Source: an uncultured Clostridia bacterium
Lineage (GTDB): Bacteria; Bacillota; Clostridia; TANB77; CAG-508
Length of the DNA: 64,000 nt
Assembly (NCBI GenBank): GCA_947581825.1
Contig: CANPVP010000002.1
Location: 104,747 to 168,746 of the forward strand
Direction: 5' to 3'
Below are positions 47,718 through 58,993 of the stretch, one piece after another. Numbering within the stretch: position 1 is the first letter of the stretch; each line of letters opens with the position of its first letter. Made by a program: the position numbers and the translations under genes. The notes beneath the pieces were generated by a model. It saw nothing but the letters and a program-made list of their open reading frames with translations, searched no databases and had not been told where the DNA came from.

Positions 47718-47861
47718 AAAATACCTCCATTTGTTTATTATAAATAGTATATGTAAAAAATAAAAAAATGCTCCACATAAAATTTAAATAAAATACTTGT
47801 TTCTACAAAATATGTGTGGTATACTTATGTGTGGAATTTTTTAGGGAAAGAAGGAATAGTA

Positions 47862-49283
47862 ATGAAACAAAATTTAAGAAAGACAAAAATAGTAGGAACA
47901 ATAGGACCAGCAAGTGAATATATATTAAAAGATTTATTCGAAGCAGGACTTAATGTAACAAGAATAAATTATTCACATGGTAGCTGGGAAGAACAATCTG
48001 AAAAAACAGAAGAAGTTATAAGACTAAGAAAAGAACTAGATATACCAGTGGGCTTACTTCTAGATATGCAAGGACCTGAAATAAGAACAGGAATGTTAGT
48101 AACAGGAAAAAATGAAAAAATTAAATTAGAAGATGGACAAAAGTTCACTCTTGTAAATGAAGATATAATAGGAGACAAAGATAAAGTATCTGTATCATAT
48201 AAAGAACTATATAAGGATTTAAAACCAGGTTCAAAAGTATTAATTGATGATGGTGCTATTGAATTAGTAGTTGATGAAATAGTAGGTAAAGATATAGTTT
48301 GTACAGTAGTTCATGGAAATGGTTTAGGAAGTAGAAAAACAATGAATTTACCTGGAACAGCAATCCGTTTACCAGCTTTAAAAGAAAAAGATATAAATGA
48401 CTTAAAAACAGCTTGTGAACATGATTATGATTTTGTTGCAGTATCATTTGCAAGAAATACAGATGATATAGCACAAGTTAGAAAAGTATTAGATGAAAAT
48501 GGTGGAAAGGATATACAAATAGTAACTAAAGTTGAAAATGTAGAAGGACTATCAAATATGGAATCTATAGTAGAAGCTGCAGATGCTCAAATGATAGCAA
48601 GAGGAGATATGGCAACAGAAACAGACTTTACAGAACCACCTGTAATGCAAAAGAAATTTATCAAATTAAGCAATAAAGCAAACAAACCAGCTATAACAGC
48701 AACTCAAATGTTAGAGTCAATGACACATCAACCATTACCAACAAGAGCAGAAGCAAGTGATGTTGCAAATGCTATATATGATAGAACAAGTGCTATAATG
48801 CTTTCTGGAGAATGTGCAATGGGAGAATATCCATTAGAATGTGTTAAAACAATGGTAAAAATAGCAAATAGAGTAGAACCAGAAATAAATTACTGGAAGA
48901 GATTTGAACAAAACGAAAATATGGACTTATCAACAGATTCAGCAAAAATTGCATATTCAACATGTATTACTGCTAAAAACTTAAATGCAGATGCAATAGT
49001 TTGCTATACACATAGTGGAAATGGTGCAAGAACATTGGCAGGACTTGGAGCTGGATGCCCAATATTAGCTGTTACAGATAAAAGAAGAACATTCAATCAA
49101 TTAGCTTTAGCATGGAATGTAACACCAGTATATGTTGATGCACAAGAAAATATTGGTGCAACAATAGATGCAGGAATTGAAAAATTAAAAACTAAGGGAA
49201 TATTAGAAAACGGAGATACAATAGTAATTCAAGGTGGAAAAGGAAAAGAAGAAACTGTAGTTAGTACAATAAGAACAATATAA
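47862..49283 (+). CDS. pyk: pyruvate kinase
   Basis: KTKIVGTIGPAS, MVARGDMATE-like (MIARGDMATE), 473 aa from the ATG at 47862 (ribosome binding site AAGGAA). The ORF track begins upstream at 47814. Confidence 0.9.
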   Translation: MKQNLRKTKIVGTIGPASEYILKDLFEAGLNVTRINYSHGSWEEQSEKTEEVIRLRKELDIPVGLLLDMQGPEIRTGMLVTGKNEKIKLEDGQKFTLVNEDIIGDKDKVSVSYKELYKDLKPGSKVLIDDGAIELVVDEIVGKDIVCTVVHGNGLGSRKTMNLPGTAIRLPALKEKDINDLKTACEHDYDFVAVSFARNTDDIAQVRKVLDENGGKDIQIVTKVENVEGLSNMESIVEAADAQMIARGDMATETDFTEPPVMQKKFIKLSNKANKPAITATQMLESMTHQPLPTRAEASDVANAIYDRTSAIMLSGECAMGEYPLECVKTMVKIANRVEPEINYWKRFEQNENMDLSTDSAKIAYSTCITAKNLNADAIVCYTHSGNGARTLAGLGAGCPILAVTDKRRTFNQLALAWNVTPVYVDAQENIGATIDAGIEKLKTKGILENGDTIVIQGGKGKEETVVSTIRTI

Positions 49284-49296
49284 TTAAAAAAATATA

Positions 49297-49337
49297 AAAA
49301 CACACACTTCAGTATAGTAGAAGTGTGTGTGTTTTTT
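49297..49337. terminator. bidirectional terminator (cacacacttc-loop-gaagtgtgtg-TTTTTT)
   Basis: 10-bp stem between convergent pyk (+) and 49351 (-). Confidence 0.7.
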
Positions 49338-49350
49338 GATGGTTACATAT

Positions 49351-50550
49351 TTATTTTTTTGATAACAATTTTTTTGATAATAGTCCAAAACCAGGAATTA
49401 TCATTAATATAGTTAAAATAACTGATAAAATTGGTAATAATGATATTAAATAAGTAACAGTATTTATTAAAAATAAAACCCCAATAGAAAGTAGTTTTGA
49501 TTTAAATTTGAATTTTTGCTTTAGTATTTCTAAAATATAAATCATAGTTGCAAAATAACCTATAAATATTAGAGCAATGTATATAAGTAGAATAGGAAGT
49601 GTAAATAACATTAAATTTGGGAATAAATAAATAAATAATAAACAAACTAGTGGGGTTAGTAATAATGTTAAAATACCATATATACATATTTTTATAAAAT
49701 TCTTGAAATTAAATTTCTTATAAGGTTTACCTATTGAAGGATTAATTCGAGTTAATAATAGTAAAAATAAAACTGAAACTACAAATGTTGAAAGATAAAG
49801 TGATAAGTTAGTTACCCATCTAGGAGTGTTATCAACAGATTTAAGATGATATGAAATTTGCCCTAGAACTAAATTATCAGGTAAGGATATTTGTTTATCA
49901 TTATAATAAGTTAAGTTTCCTTGAACAAGTCCAGTTTGATTATCAGAATGCTTAAGGGAAATTGAAGAAGAGTTAATATAAGCATTTCTTCTAACTATTC
50001 CATATAGATTTACATTAGGAGAAAAAACTCTTAAATCACGTAAAATACATGAATCATAATCTATATTTAAAGTAGATGAACTTGAAACATATAAATCTTG
50101 GCAATATAGACTCAAATTAATATTGTTACCTAATAAATAAGCTGAATCTCTGATATAAACAGGTTTATTATCAGTTGAATTTCTAAATTCTATATCTTGA
50201 GCTGATACATATATATTACCATATACAGGAGCTTTAATAATTGCTTTTTTAGAGGCAATTATATATACATTTCCTTGTACTTTTTTATCTAGTACAACTG
50301 TATCGTCAAGTAAGAATAAATCATTATTTACTACATCTTCATTGTCTGAAGAATCTTGAATTATATTTTTTGAATCCACAGAATTATTATCAGCTTTTTT
50401 TGAAGTGTTATTTAAAGTATTATTTGAAGTTTTGTTTGAAGAATTATTAGATTGAGATGTGTTATTTGGTGCACAATGTGAATAGGTGCATGAAATAATA
50501 AAAAATACCATAATTAATAATGTTAAAATTTTAATCTTTTTTTTAATCAT
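49351..50550 (-). CDS. hypothetical lipoprotein/membrane protein with Ser/Asn-rich linker, beta-helix-like repeat region and C-terminal multi-TM domain
   Basis: Lipobox-like FIISC after a basic N-terminus. Repeats such as VQGNVYIIASKKAIIKAPVYGNIYVSAQDIEF. 4 C-terminal TM helices. Confidence 0.45.
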   Translation of the reverse strand: MIKKKIKILTLLIMVFFIISCTYSHCAPNNTSQSNNSSNKTSNNTLNNTSKKADNNSVDSKNIIQDSSDNEDVVNNDLFLLDDTVVLDKKVQGNVYIIASKKAIIKAPVYGNIYVSAQDIEFRNSTDNKPVYIRDSAYLLGNNINLSLYCQDLYVSSSSTLNIDYDSCILRDLRVFSPNVNLYGIVRRNAYINSSSISLKHSDNQTGLVQGNLTYYNDKQISLPDNLVLGQISYHLKSVDNTPRWVTNLSLYLSTFVVSVLFLLLLTRINPSIGKPYKKFNFKNFIKICIYGILTLLLTPLVCLLFIYLFPNLMLFTLPILLIYIALIFIGYFATMIYILEILKQKFKFKSKLLSIGVLFLINTVTYLISLLPILSVILTILMIIPGFGLLSKKLLSKK

Positions 50551-50729
50551 AAAGAACCTCCATAAATATACTAAATTTTCATAAATACTATATATCTATC
50601 CAAAAGTTTTGTCAATTAAATTATGGAACAATTTACCTTTGCGATTGATATTGCTAAAAGATTTTCCAAACATATTGAAAAATGGGCAAAAATGTATTAA
50701 AATTAGGAATACAGTTGGAGGGAGTAAGA

Positions 50730-52109
50730 TTGAGTATAATAGAAGAACAAAATGAATATATAAACAAAATAAAAAAGTATAATGAAGAAAAAAATAAGAA
50801 ATTTAAGTATTATATTTTAACAATGGGATGTCAGTTAAATGAGAACGATTCTGAAAAATTATGTGGAATGGTAGAAAAAATGGGGTATGAGAAAACGGAC
50901 AATCCAAACGAAGCTGATTTAATTTTATTTAATACTTGTTGTGTTAGAGAAAATGCAGAAGACAAGTTATTCGGAAAGTTAGGAGAAGTAAAAAAGCAAA
51001 AAGAAGAAAAGGGAGCAATAATAGCAATTGGTGGTTGTATGATGCAAGAAAAACATATAACTGACAAGATAAATAAAAGTTATCCATATTATGATCTCAT
51101 TTTTGGAACACATACTTTATATAGATTTCCGGAAGATTTATATAAAGTTATACTAAATAGAAAAAAGCAAGAAGATATATTAGATATAGATGGAGAAATA
51201 TATGAAGGCTTGCCAATAAAAAGAAGTGATAATCAAAAGGCATCTGTAGCAATTATGAATGGGTGCAATAATTTTTGCACATATTGCATAGTTCCATATG
51301 TTAGAGGAAGAGAGAGAAGTAGAAAACCAGAAGATATTATAAATGAAATAACCTCTTTAGCATCAGAAGGATATAAAGAGATAACTTTATTAGGTCAGAA
51401 TGTTAATTCATATAATGGAGAAAATGGCGTTACCTTTGCAAAATTATTAGAGAAAATAGTTAAGATAGATGGAATAGAAAGAATAAGATTTATATCACCA
51501 CATCCAAAAGATTTTACAGATGATGTAATAAAAGTGATAGCAGAAAACGAAAAAATATGTAAAATTATACATTTACCATTACAATCAGGAAGTTCTAATG
51601 TATTAAAAGCAATGAATAGAAGATATTCAAAAGAACAATATTTAAATTTAGTAGAAAAAATGAAGAAACAAATTCCAAATGTTTTATTTTCAACAGATAT
51701 AATAGTAGGTTTTCCAGGAGAAACAGAAGAAGATTTTGAAGATACATTAGATGTAGTAGAAAAAGTTAAATTTGAACAGGTATATATGTTTATATATTCT
51801 AGAAGAGTTGGAACTCCTGCAGATAAGATGGAAAATCAAATCCCAGAAGAAATAAAACATAAAAGATTTGATAGATTAAAAGAATTAGTAGAAAAACAAA
51901 CAGAGATAAATAATGAAAAATACCTTGGAACTATCCAAAAAGTTTTAGTAGAAGGAACAAGTAAAAATAATGCGGAAATGTTAACAGGAAGAACAGAGTC
52001 AAACAAGGTAGTAATTTTCGAAGGAGAAAAAAATTTAATAGGAACAACTAAAAACATTGAAATAATAGAAAATTGTTTATGGTATCTTAAGGGAAAAATT
52101 TTAAATTAA
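50730..52109 (+). CDS. miaB: tRNA-i6A37 methylthiotransferase MiaB
   Basis: MTTase domain (KYYILTMGCQLNENDSE), radical-SAM CNNFCTYC, TRAM domain. The TTG at 50730 follows GGAGGGAG. The ORF-track ATG at 50682 lacks a ribosome binding site (alternative start). Confidence 0.8.
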   Translation: MSIIEEQNEYINKIKKYNEEKNKKFKYYILTMGCQLNENDSEKLCGMVEKMGYEKTDNPNEADLILFNTCCVRENAEDKLFGKLGEVKKQKEEKGAIIAIGGCMMQEKHITDKINKSYPYYDLIFGTHTLYRFPEDLYKVILNRKKQEDILDIDGEIYEGLPIKRSDNQKASVAIMNGCNNFCTYCIVPYVRGRERSRKPEDIINEITSLASEGYKEITLLGQNVNSYNGENGVTFAKLLEKIVKIDGIERIRFISPHPKDFTDDVIKVIAENEKICKIIHLPLQSGSSNVLKAMNRRYSKEQYLNLVEKMKKQIPNVLFSTDIIVGFPGETEEDFEDTLDVVEKVKFEQVYMFIYSRRVGTPADKMENQIPEEIKHKRFDRLKELVEKQTEINNEKYLGTIQKVLVEGTSKNNAEMLTGRTESNKVVIFEGEKNLIGTTKNIEIIENCLWYLKGKILN

Positions 52110-52201
52110 AACAGTTTGGAGAAGATAGAAAAAATAAAAGAAAAATGAAGTCTAACGACGCAAGATACTGATTATTTTTCAAAAAAATGAAAGGAGAAAA
52201 A

Positions 52202-54814
52202 ATGGCAGAATATTCACCAATGATGCAACAATACTTGGAAACAAAAAGTAAATATGATGACTGTATCCTTTTTTACAGATTAGGAGATTTCTATGAAATG
52301 TTTTTTGATGATGCTATTACAGCATCAAAAGAATTAGAAATCACTTTAACAGGAAGAGATTGTGGACAAGCAGAAAGAGCTCCAATGGCAGGAATTCCTT
52401 TTCATGCAGCAGATATGTATATATCAAGATTAATAACAAAAGGATATAAAGTAGCTATTTGTGAGCAACTAGAAGATCCAAAAACAACAAAAGGAATGGT
52501 AAAAAGAGATGTTATAAGAGTCGTAACTCCAGGAACTCTAATAGAAACTAATATGCTAGATGAAAAAAAGAATAATTATATAATGTCAATATATAAAAAT
52601 GGCTTGTTCTTTGGATTAGCAGTATGTGATGTTTCGACCGGTGATTTTTATGCAACAGAAATAAAAGAAACAAATAATTTTTCAAGATTACTAGATGAAA
52701 TAGCAAGATATTCTCCAGCAGAAATCATTGTTAATAATATGATGTTTTCATCTAATGAAGAAATAGAAAAAATAAAAGAAAGATTTCAAAGTTATATATC
52801 TAAAATAAGTGATGAAAAGTTTATAGATGAGAGTTCACAAATAGAAAAAAATTATAAAATAATAGATACTAATAATGAAGAAATAAAAAATTTAGAAAAT
52901 AGAGGACTAGCATTAAATGCCATAAGTGAATTAGTATATTATTTTAATGAAACTCAAAAAACAAAATTGGAACATGTAAATAAAATCCAAATATATAATA
53001 CAACAAAATACATGTGCTTAGATATTAATGCAAGGAGAAATCTTGAGATTACAGAAAGAATGAGAGACAAATCTAAAAGAGGAACACTACTTTGGGTATT
53101 AGATAAAACATGTACTTCTATGGGGGGACGTAATCTAAGAAGATGGCTAAATAATCCATTAATAGATATAAAAGAAATAAATGATAGATTAGACGCAGTT
53201 GAAGAGCTAAAAGAAAATATGATGTTAAAAGGAGAAATAATAGAAAGCTTAAAGAAAGTTTATGATATAGAAAGATTAATAGGAAAAATATCATATGGAA
53301 ATGCTAATGCAAGAGATATGATATCATTAAAAAATTCAATACAACAATTGCCAGATATAAAAAGGCTTTTATCAAACACAAAATGTAACCTATTAAAAGA
53401 ATTATATAATGGTTTAGATGAACTTATGGACATATATGAACTTATAAATCAAGCAATAGTAGAAGAACCTCCTATAAGTGTAAAAGAAGGAGGCTTAATA
53501 AAATTAGGATATAATGAAGAAATAGATAGACTAAAATCAGCAACAACAGACGGAAAAAAATGGCTTGTTGAGCTAGAGTTAAAAGAAAAAGAAGCTACTG
53601 GAATTAAAAATTTAAAAGTTGGATTTAATAAAGTATTTGGATATTTTATCGAGGTTACTAAATCAAATTTAAATCAAGTGCCAGATAGATATATAAGAAA
53701 ACAAACATTAGCAAATGGGGAAAGATATATAACGGAAGAGCTTAAGAAAATAGAAGAGACTATATTAGGGGCAGAGGATAAGCTTATAAATTTAGAATAT
53801 AATGTTTTCCAAGATATTAGAAGCAAATTAGAACAACAAATAGAAAGAATTCAATCAACTGCTGATGTTATTTCGAAATTAGATGTACTAACTTCTTTTG
53901 CAACTGTAGCAGAAGATATGGACTATGTCAAACCAATAGTAGATGAAGAAGGAATCATAGAAATTAAAGATGGAAGGCATCCTGTTATAGAAAAAATGCT
54001 CCCTAGTGGAAGTTTTGTTCAAAACGATACTTACCTAGATAAAGATAATGATAGATTATCAATAATCACAGGACCTAATATGGCAGGAAAATCTACATAT
54101 ATGAGGCAAGTCGCCTTAATTACACTTATGGCACAAGTTGGAAGTTTTGTACCAGCTTCTTATGCAAAGATAGGAGTAGTTGATAAAATATTTACAAGAG
54201 TAGGGGCATCAGACGATTTAAGTATGGGACAAAGTACTTTCATGGTAGAAATGATGGAGGTAGCAACTATTTTAAAGGAAGCAACAGCAAATAGTTTAGT
54301 AATATTAGATGAAATAGGAAGAGGAACTTCTACATATGATGGTTTATCAATAGCATGGGCTGTAGCAAGTCACATTGCTGATAAGGAAAAATGTGGAGCA
54401 AAGACATTGTTTGCAACACATTATCATGAACTTACAAAATTAGAAGAAGAGGTTGAAGGTGTAAAAAATTATTCTATAGCAGTAAAAGAAAAAGGAGAAG
54501 ATATAATATTTCTTAGAAAAATCATTGAGGGTGGAACAGATGAAAGCTACGGAATACATGTAGCAAAGCTTGCTGGAGTTCCACAGAATGTTGTGAAAAA
54601 TGCAAATGAAATTTTAAAAAGTTTGGAAAGAAAAAGTGCTTTAGGAAACAAAGCAATAGAAAAAGAAAACAAAAAAGTAGCAGCAGGGCAATTGGATATG
54701 TATAACTATAAATTAGCTGAAATAGCACATCAAATAGATAAAATAAATGTTAATGAATTAACACCAATAGACGCTTTAAATATACTAGTTAAATTAAAGG
54801 ATAGTGCATCTTAA
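52202..54814 (+). CDS. mutS: DNA mismatch repair protein MutS
   Basis: Mismatch-binding N-terminus (MAEYSPMMQQYLETK...GDFYEMFFDDA), Walker A GPNMAGKST. The ATG at 52202 follows AAAGGAG. The track start 52187 overlaps the ribosome binding site. Confidence 0.95.
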   Translation: MAEYSPMMQQYLETKSKYDDCILFYRLGDFYEMFFDDAITASKELEITLTGRDCGQAERAPMAGIPFHAADMYISRLITKGYKVAICEQLEDPKTTKGMVKRDVIRVVTPGTLIETNMLDEKKNNYIMSIYKNGLFFGLAVCDVSTGDFYATEIKETNNFSRLLDEIARYSPAEIIVNNMMFSSNEEIEKIKERFQSYISKISDEKFIDESSQIEKNYKIIDTNNEEIKNLENRGLALNAISELVYYFNETQKTKLEHVNKIQIYNTTKYMCLDINARRNLEITERMRDKSKRGTLLWVLDKTCTSMGGRNLRRWLNNPLIDIKEINDRLDAVEELKENMMLKGEIIESLKKVYDIERLIGKISYGNANARDMISLKNSIQQLPDIKRLLSNTKCNLLKELYNGLDELMDIYELINQAIVEEPPISVKEGGLIKLGYNEEIDRLKSATTDGKKWLVELELKEKEATGIKNLKVGFNKVFGYFIEVTKSNLNQVPDRYIRKQTLANGERYITEELKKIEETILGAEDKLINLEYNVFQDIRSKLEQQIERIQSTADVISKLDVLTSFATVAEDMDYVKPIVDEEGIIEIKDGRHPVIEKMLPSGSFVQNDTYLDKDNDRLSIITGPNMAGKSTYMRQVALITLMAQVGSFVPASYAKIGVVDKIFTRVGASDDLSMGQSTFMVEMMEVATILKEATANSLVILDEIGRGTSTYDGLSIAWAVASHIADKEKCGAKTLFATHYHELTKLEEEVEGVKNYSIAVKEKGEDIIFLRKIIEGGTDESYGIHVAKLAGVPQNVVKNANEILKSLERKSALGNKAIEKENKKVAAGQLDMYNYKLAEIAHQIDKINVNELTPIDALNILVKLKDSAS

Positions 54815-54863
54815 CAAAAGAAAAAGTAATTTAAATATAATTTGATTTTTTGGGGGATGCCAA

Positions 54864-55346
54864 ATGGAGGAATTAAAAGATAAAGAAGAAAGGAAAACAA
54901 CAGATTTAATTGTTGTAAAGCAGAAAAAAAATTATAAACAAGAAAACAAAGTATTAAAAATTTTTTTGAATGTAATTGGTACAATATTTAAATTAATACT
55001 TAAATTAACTGTAATTGTAGCTATATACAGTGCCATATTTTCTATAGTTGCATACCATAGTAATAAGTATGTTGTGGAAAAATTAAGAGAATCAGAAGCT
55101 AATAAAAAAGTTGATCCAGTTTTAGAAGAATTACGAAAAAATAAAAATAATGACAAGAATGACGATAAAACAAAAGAAGATAAAGAAAAAGACGAGAACA
55201 AAGAGAATAAAAATGAAAATAAAGAAGATAAAAATAAAGAAGATAAAAATAAAGAAGAGAAAAATAAAGAAGAGAAGAAAAATACTACAAAACAGACCAA
55301 TAAAAATCAAACTAAAAAAAATAGTGGAAATAGCAACAAAAAATAA
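54864..55346 (+). CDS. hypothetical membrane-anchored protein with K/E/N/D-rich repetitive tail
   Basis: One TM (IFLNVIGTIFKLILKLTVIVAIYSAIFSIVAY), then NKEDKNKEDKNKEEKNKEEKK repeats. Confidence 0.45.
   Translation: MEELKDKEERKTTDLIVVKQKKNYKQENKVLKIFLNVIGTIFKLILKLTVIVAIYSAIFSIVAYHSNKYVVEKLRESEANKKVDPVLEELRKNKNNDKNDDKTKEDKEKDENKENKNENKEDKNKEDKNKEEKNKEEKKNTTKQTNKNQTKKNSGNSNKK
55195..55290 (+). repeat. 15-bp tandem coding repeats (AATAAAGAAGATAAA / AATAAAGAAGAGAAA, about 5 copies)
   Basis: Seen directly at 55210-55285 inside the 54864 ORF. Confidence 0.6.
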
Positions 55347-55373
55347 AATCACAAATTGTGATTTTATTTTTTT
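55343..55373 (+). terminator. rho-independent terminator (aaaatcacaa-at-ttgtgatttt-ATTTTTTT)
   Basis: Perfect palindromic 10-bp stem. Confidence 0.65.
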
Positions 55374-55460
55374 GTTAAGCTATAATATATCTTTACTTTT
55401 TAACAAAAATGTTATATAATTCCTAATCATATTAAGGTATTTGAGATAGGAGAGATGATT

Positions 55461-56948
55461 ATGAGCGAAAACACAGAACAAGAATTAGATTTAAACCAAC
55501 TTATGAAAGTTAGAAGAGAAAAATTAGATGAATTAAAAGAGAATGGAAAAAATCCATTTGAAATAACTAAATTTAATAGAACACATTTAAGCAAAGAAAT
55601 AAAAGATAATTATGAAGAGTTAGAACAAAAAGATGTAACAATAGCAGGAAGAATTATAGCAAAAAGAATAATGGGAAAGGCATCATTTTGTACAATACAA
55701 GATAGCACAGATAAAATACAAAGCTATGTAAGTATAAATGATTTGGGAGAAGAAAGTTATAAAGCTTTTAAAGCATTTGATATAGGAGATATAATAGGAA
55801 TAACAGGGTTTGTATTTAAAACAAGAACAGAGGAAATATCAGTTCATGCAAAAGAAGTAGTTTTATTAACAAAGTCTTTAAGACCACTTCCAGAAAAGTT
55901 TCATGGATTAAAAGATACAGATTTAAGATATAGACAAAGATATGTAGATTTAATTGTAAATCCAGAAGTAAAAGATACTTTTATTTTAAGAAGTAAAATA
56001 TTAAAAGAAATTAGAAAATTTATGGATGATAAGGGGTATATGGAAGTAGAAACTCCTGCTTTAACAACAGTTGCAACAGGAGATGCTGCAAGACCATTTA
56101 TAACACACCATAATACATTAGACTTACAAATGTATTTAAGAATTGCACCAGAGCTAAATTTAAAAAGACTAATCGTTGGTGGAATTGATAAAGTTTTTGA
56201 AATAGGTAAAAACTTTAGAAATGAAGGAATGGATATTAAGCACAATCCAGAATTTACTGCAATGGAATTCTATTCTGCTTATGAAGATTATAATGATATG
56301 ATGAATATGGCAGAAGGACTTATTTCAACAGTTGCAAATAATGTATTAGGAACAACAAAAATCACATACGAAGATTTAGAAATAGATTTAACACCAGGCT
56401 GGAAAAGAATAACAATGATAGATGCTATTAAAGAAGTAACAGGAGTTGACTTTAATACTATAAAAACAGATGAGGAAGCACAAGCTATAGCAAAAGAAAA
56501 AGGCGTTGAATATGAAGAAATAAAGAATACAAGAGGACATATTATAAATGAATTCTTTGAAACATTTGTAGAAGAAACATTAATTCAACCTACATTTATA
56601 ACAGATTATCCAGTAGAAATATCACCATTAACAAAAAGAAAGAAAGAGAGTCCAGAATTAGTTGAAAGATTTGAATTATTTATTGGTGGAAGAGAATATG
56701 GAAATGCATATTCAGAATTAAATGATCCAATAGATCAATATGAAAGATTTATGAAACAAGTAGAGGCTAAAGAAAAAGGTGATGAAGAAGCTGGAGGTAT
56801 GGATGAAGACTTTGTTAATGCTCTAGAAATAGGATTGCCACCAACAGGAGGAATGGGAATAGGTTTAGATAGATTAATTATGCTATTAACAAATTCATCA
56901 TCAATTAGAGATGTAATATTTTTCCCAACTATGAAACCATTAAATTAG
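55461..56948 (+). CDS. lysS: lysine--tRNA ligase (class II)
   Basis: OB anticodon-binding domain, class II motifs (FRNEG, GGIDRLIML-like GLDRLIMLL). ATG 55461 after GGAGAG. Confidence 0.95.
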   Translation: MSENTEQELDLNQLMKVRREKLDELKENGKNPFEITKFNRTHLSKEIKDNYEELEQKDVTIAGRIIAKRIMGKASFCTIQDSTDKIQSYVSINDLGEESYKAFKAFDIGDIIGITGFVFKTRTEEISVHAKEVVLLTKSLRPLPEKFHGLKDTDLRYRQRYVDLIVNPEVKDTFILRSKILKEIRKFMDDKGYMEVETPALTTVATGDAARPFITHHNTLDLQMYLRIAPELNLKRLIVGGIDKVFEIGKNFRNEGMDIKHNPEFTAMEFYSAYEDYNDMMNMAEGLISTVANNVLGTTKITYEDLEIDLTPGWKRITMIDAIKEVTGVDFNTIKTDEEAQAIAKEKGVEYEEIKNTRGHIINEFFETFVEETLIQPTFITDYPVEISPLTKRKKESPELVERFELFIGGREYGNAYSELNDPIDQYERFMKQVEAKEKGDEEAGGMDEDFVNALEIGLPPTGGMGIGLDRLIMLLTNSSSIRDVIFFPTMKPLN

Positions 56949-57003
56949 TTTAATTTAGGTATAATATTGGATTAAATACTAAAGAAAAAGAAAGGAGAGT
57001 TTA

Positions 57004-57735
57004 ATGTTTAGTTTTAATTTTGATAGAAGGTACTTGTATATTATTTTAGGAATATTAGCAATAAGCGTGTTAGTACAGTATTCATCAGGACAATTGCTTG
57101 GTTTGTTATATTCTTTACCAGGAATATTAATTGCTATAAGTTTTCATGAATATGCACACGCTTTAGCAGCAGTAAAATTAGGAGATGAAACTCCAAGAAA
57201 TCAAGGAAGATTAAATTTAAATCCACTAAGCCATATTGATCCAGTTGGTTTTATACTATTATTATTTGCAGGGTTTGGATGGGGAAAGCCAGTACAAACA
57301 AATCCAGCAAGATATAATAGAAATATAGATATGGCAAAGGGAGAAGCAATAGTATCTTTTGCAGGACCAGCAATGAATTTTTTTCTTGCAATCGTATTTG
57401 CAATTGTATATGCTTTAATAGGCAAATATGCTAGTATTAGTTTTGCAATGTCAACTGCCGGCAGTGTTTTATTAACTATAGTACAATATATAATAATTAT
57501 AAACATTGGGTTAGGTGTATTTAATTTAATTCCTCTTCCACCATTAGATGGTTCTAAAATATTGAAAAACTTCTTATCATATAATACAAGAAGAAAATTC
57601 GAAGAAAGTGAGCAATTATTTTATGTAATCTTCTTAGCATTATGGATTACAGGTTTAGCAGGAACTATTATATCACCAATTATAGATTATATTTATAGTG
57701 GTATTATGAAATTGGTATTAGGAATAGTATTATAG
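57004..57735 (+). CDS. site-2 protease family (M50) membrane metalloprotease
   Basis: HExxH in TM ([12 protein letters not shown]), [11 protein letters not shown] motif. Confidence 0.75.
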   Translation: MFSFNFDRRYLYIILGILAISVLVQYSSGQLLGLLYSLPGILIAISFHEYAHALAAVKLGDETPRNQGRLNLNPLSHIDPVGFILLLFAGFGWGKPVQTNPARYNRNIDMAKGEAIVSFAGPAMNFFLAIVFAIVYALIGKYASISFAMSTAGSVLLTIVQYIIIINIGLGVFNLIPLPPLDGSKILKNFLSYNTRRKFEESEQLFYVIFLALWITGLAGTIISPIIDYIYSGIMKLVLGIVL

Positions 57736-57760
57736 TACCTTAAAAAGGATGATAATAAAA

Positions 57761-58759
57761 ATGAAAAAAGATTTATTAGTATTAGGAATTGAATCAAGTT
57801 GTGATGAAACTTCTGTATCAGTTGTAAAAAATGGTAGAGAAGTTCTTTCTAATGTTATTAATTCACAAATAGATATTCACACAAGATTTGGAGGAGTTGT
57901 ACCAGAAATTGCTTCTAGAAATCATGTTGAAGCAATTTCAGCAACGACGATGCAAGCTTTAAAAGATGCAGGTATTACATTTGATGATATAGATGTTATT
58001 GCATGCACATATGGACCAGGTTTAGTAGGAGCTTTACTTGTTGGAGTATCTTATGCAAAAGCATTAAGTTATGCACTAAATAAACCATTAGTAGGGGTTA
58101 ACCATATAGAAGGGCATATTGCAGCAAATTATATTACTTTTGAAGAATTAGAACCACCATTTTTATGCTTAATAATTTCAGGAGGGCATACTCATTTAGT
58201 ATCTATTAAAGATTATACTGAATTTGAAATATTAGGAAAAACTAGAGATGATGCAATTGGTGAAGCTTTTGATAAGGTAGCCAGAGTAGTAGGACTAGGT
58301 TATCCAGGAGGACCTAAAATAGACAATATGGCAAAAGAAGGAGAGCCTAATATACAGCTACCAATAACTCATTTTGATAATTTAGATTTTAGCTTTAGTG
58401 GTATAAAAACAGCGGTTTTAAATTTAAATCATAAAGATCCTAATATTAATAAAAATGATTTATGTGCAAGTTTTGAAAAGGCTGTAACAGAAATGTTATT
58501 AGAAAATACTAAAAAAGCATTAGATAAATTAAAGGTAAAAAAATTAGCTTTAGCAGGAGGAGTATCTGCTAATTCATATATAAGAGAACAATTTTCAAAA
58601 TTAGGAGAAGAAAAAGGAATAAAAGTTTATTATCCTAATATTCAATTATGTACGGACAATGCTGCAATGATAGCATCTGCAGGTTATTATAATTACATAA
58701 ATGGAAATACATCGGATTTATATTTAAATGCAATACCAAATTTAAAAATTACTAATTAA
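57761..58759 (+). CDS. tsaD: tRNA N6-adenosine threonylcarbamoyltransferase TsaD
   Basis: [16 protein letters not shown], His pair HIEGH, ASKH fold. ATG 57761 after AAGGA. The track start 57749 overlaps the ribosome binding site. Confidence 0.9.
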   Translation: MKKDLLVLGIESSCDETSVSVVKNGREVLSNVINSQIDIHTRFGGVVPEIASRNHVEAISATTMQALKDAGITFDDIDVIACTYGPGLVGALLVGVSYAKALSYALNKPLVGVNHIEGHIAANYITFEELEPPFLCLIISGGHTHLVSIKDYTEFEILGKTRDDAIGEAFDKVARVVGLGYPGGPKIDNMAKEGEPNIQLPITHFDNLDFSFSGIKTAVLNLNHKDPNINKNDLCASFEKAVTEMLLENTKKALDKLKVKKLALAGGVSANSYIREQFSKLGEEKGIKVYYPNIQLCTDNAAMIASAGYYNYINGNTSDLYLNAIPNLKITN

Positions 58760-58993
58760 TCAATATCTTAAATTACAACAATATATTTTTTCAAAAATGC
58801 TCGTTCAAGCAATTTTCGCAGACCTTCTATGAGGGTTTTATGGCACCCTTCCACTTGGTCGTGAACTCTTTCCATAAAACCGACAAAAAGGTCTAGCTCA
58901 ATTACTTTCAATGCGCTTTTTTCAAAAATATATTGTTGTAATTTCGAATAAGAATAATATAGAGAAAATTTTAAAAATAAAAAGGAGAAAAAC

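Noticed and set aside
55376-55460. T-box or other riboswitch leaders upstream of lysS, asnB (47718..47861) and upp
   Set aside because: The intergenic leaders are only about 85-140 nt and lack T-box (AATTAGGGTGGNACCGCG) or other recognisable conserved cores.
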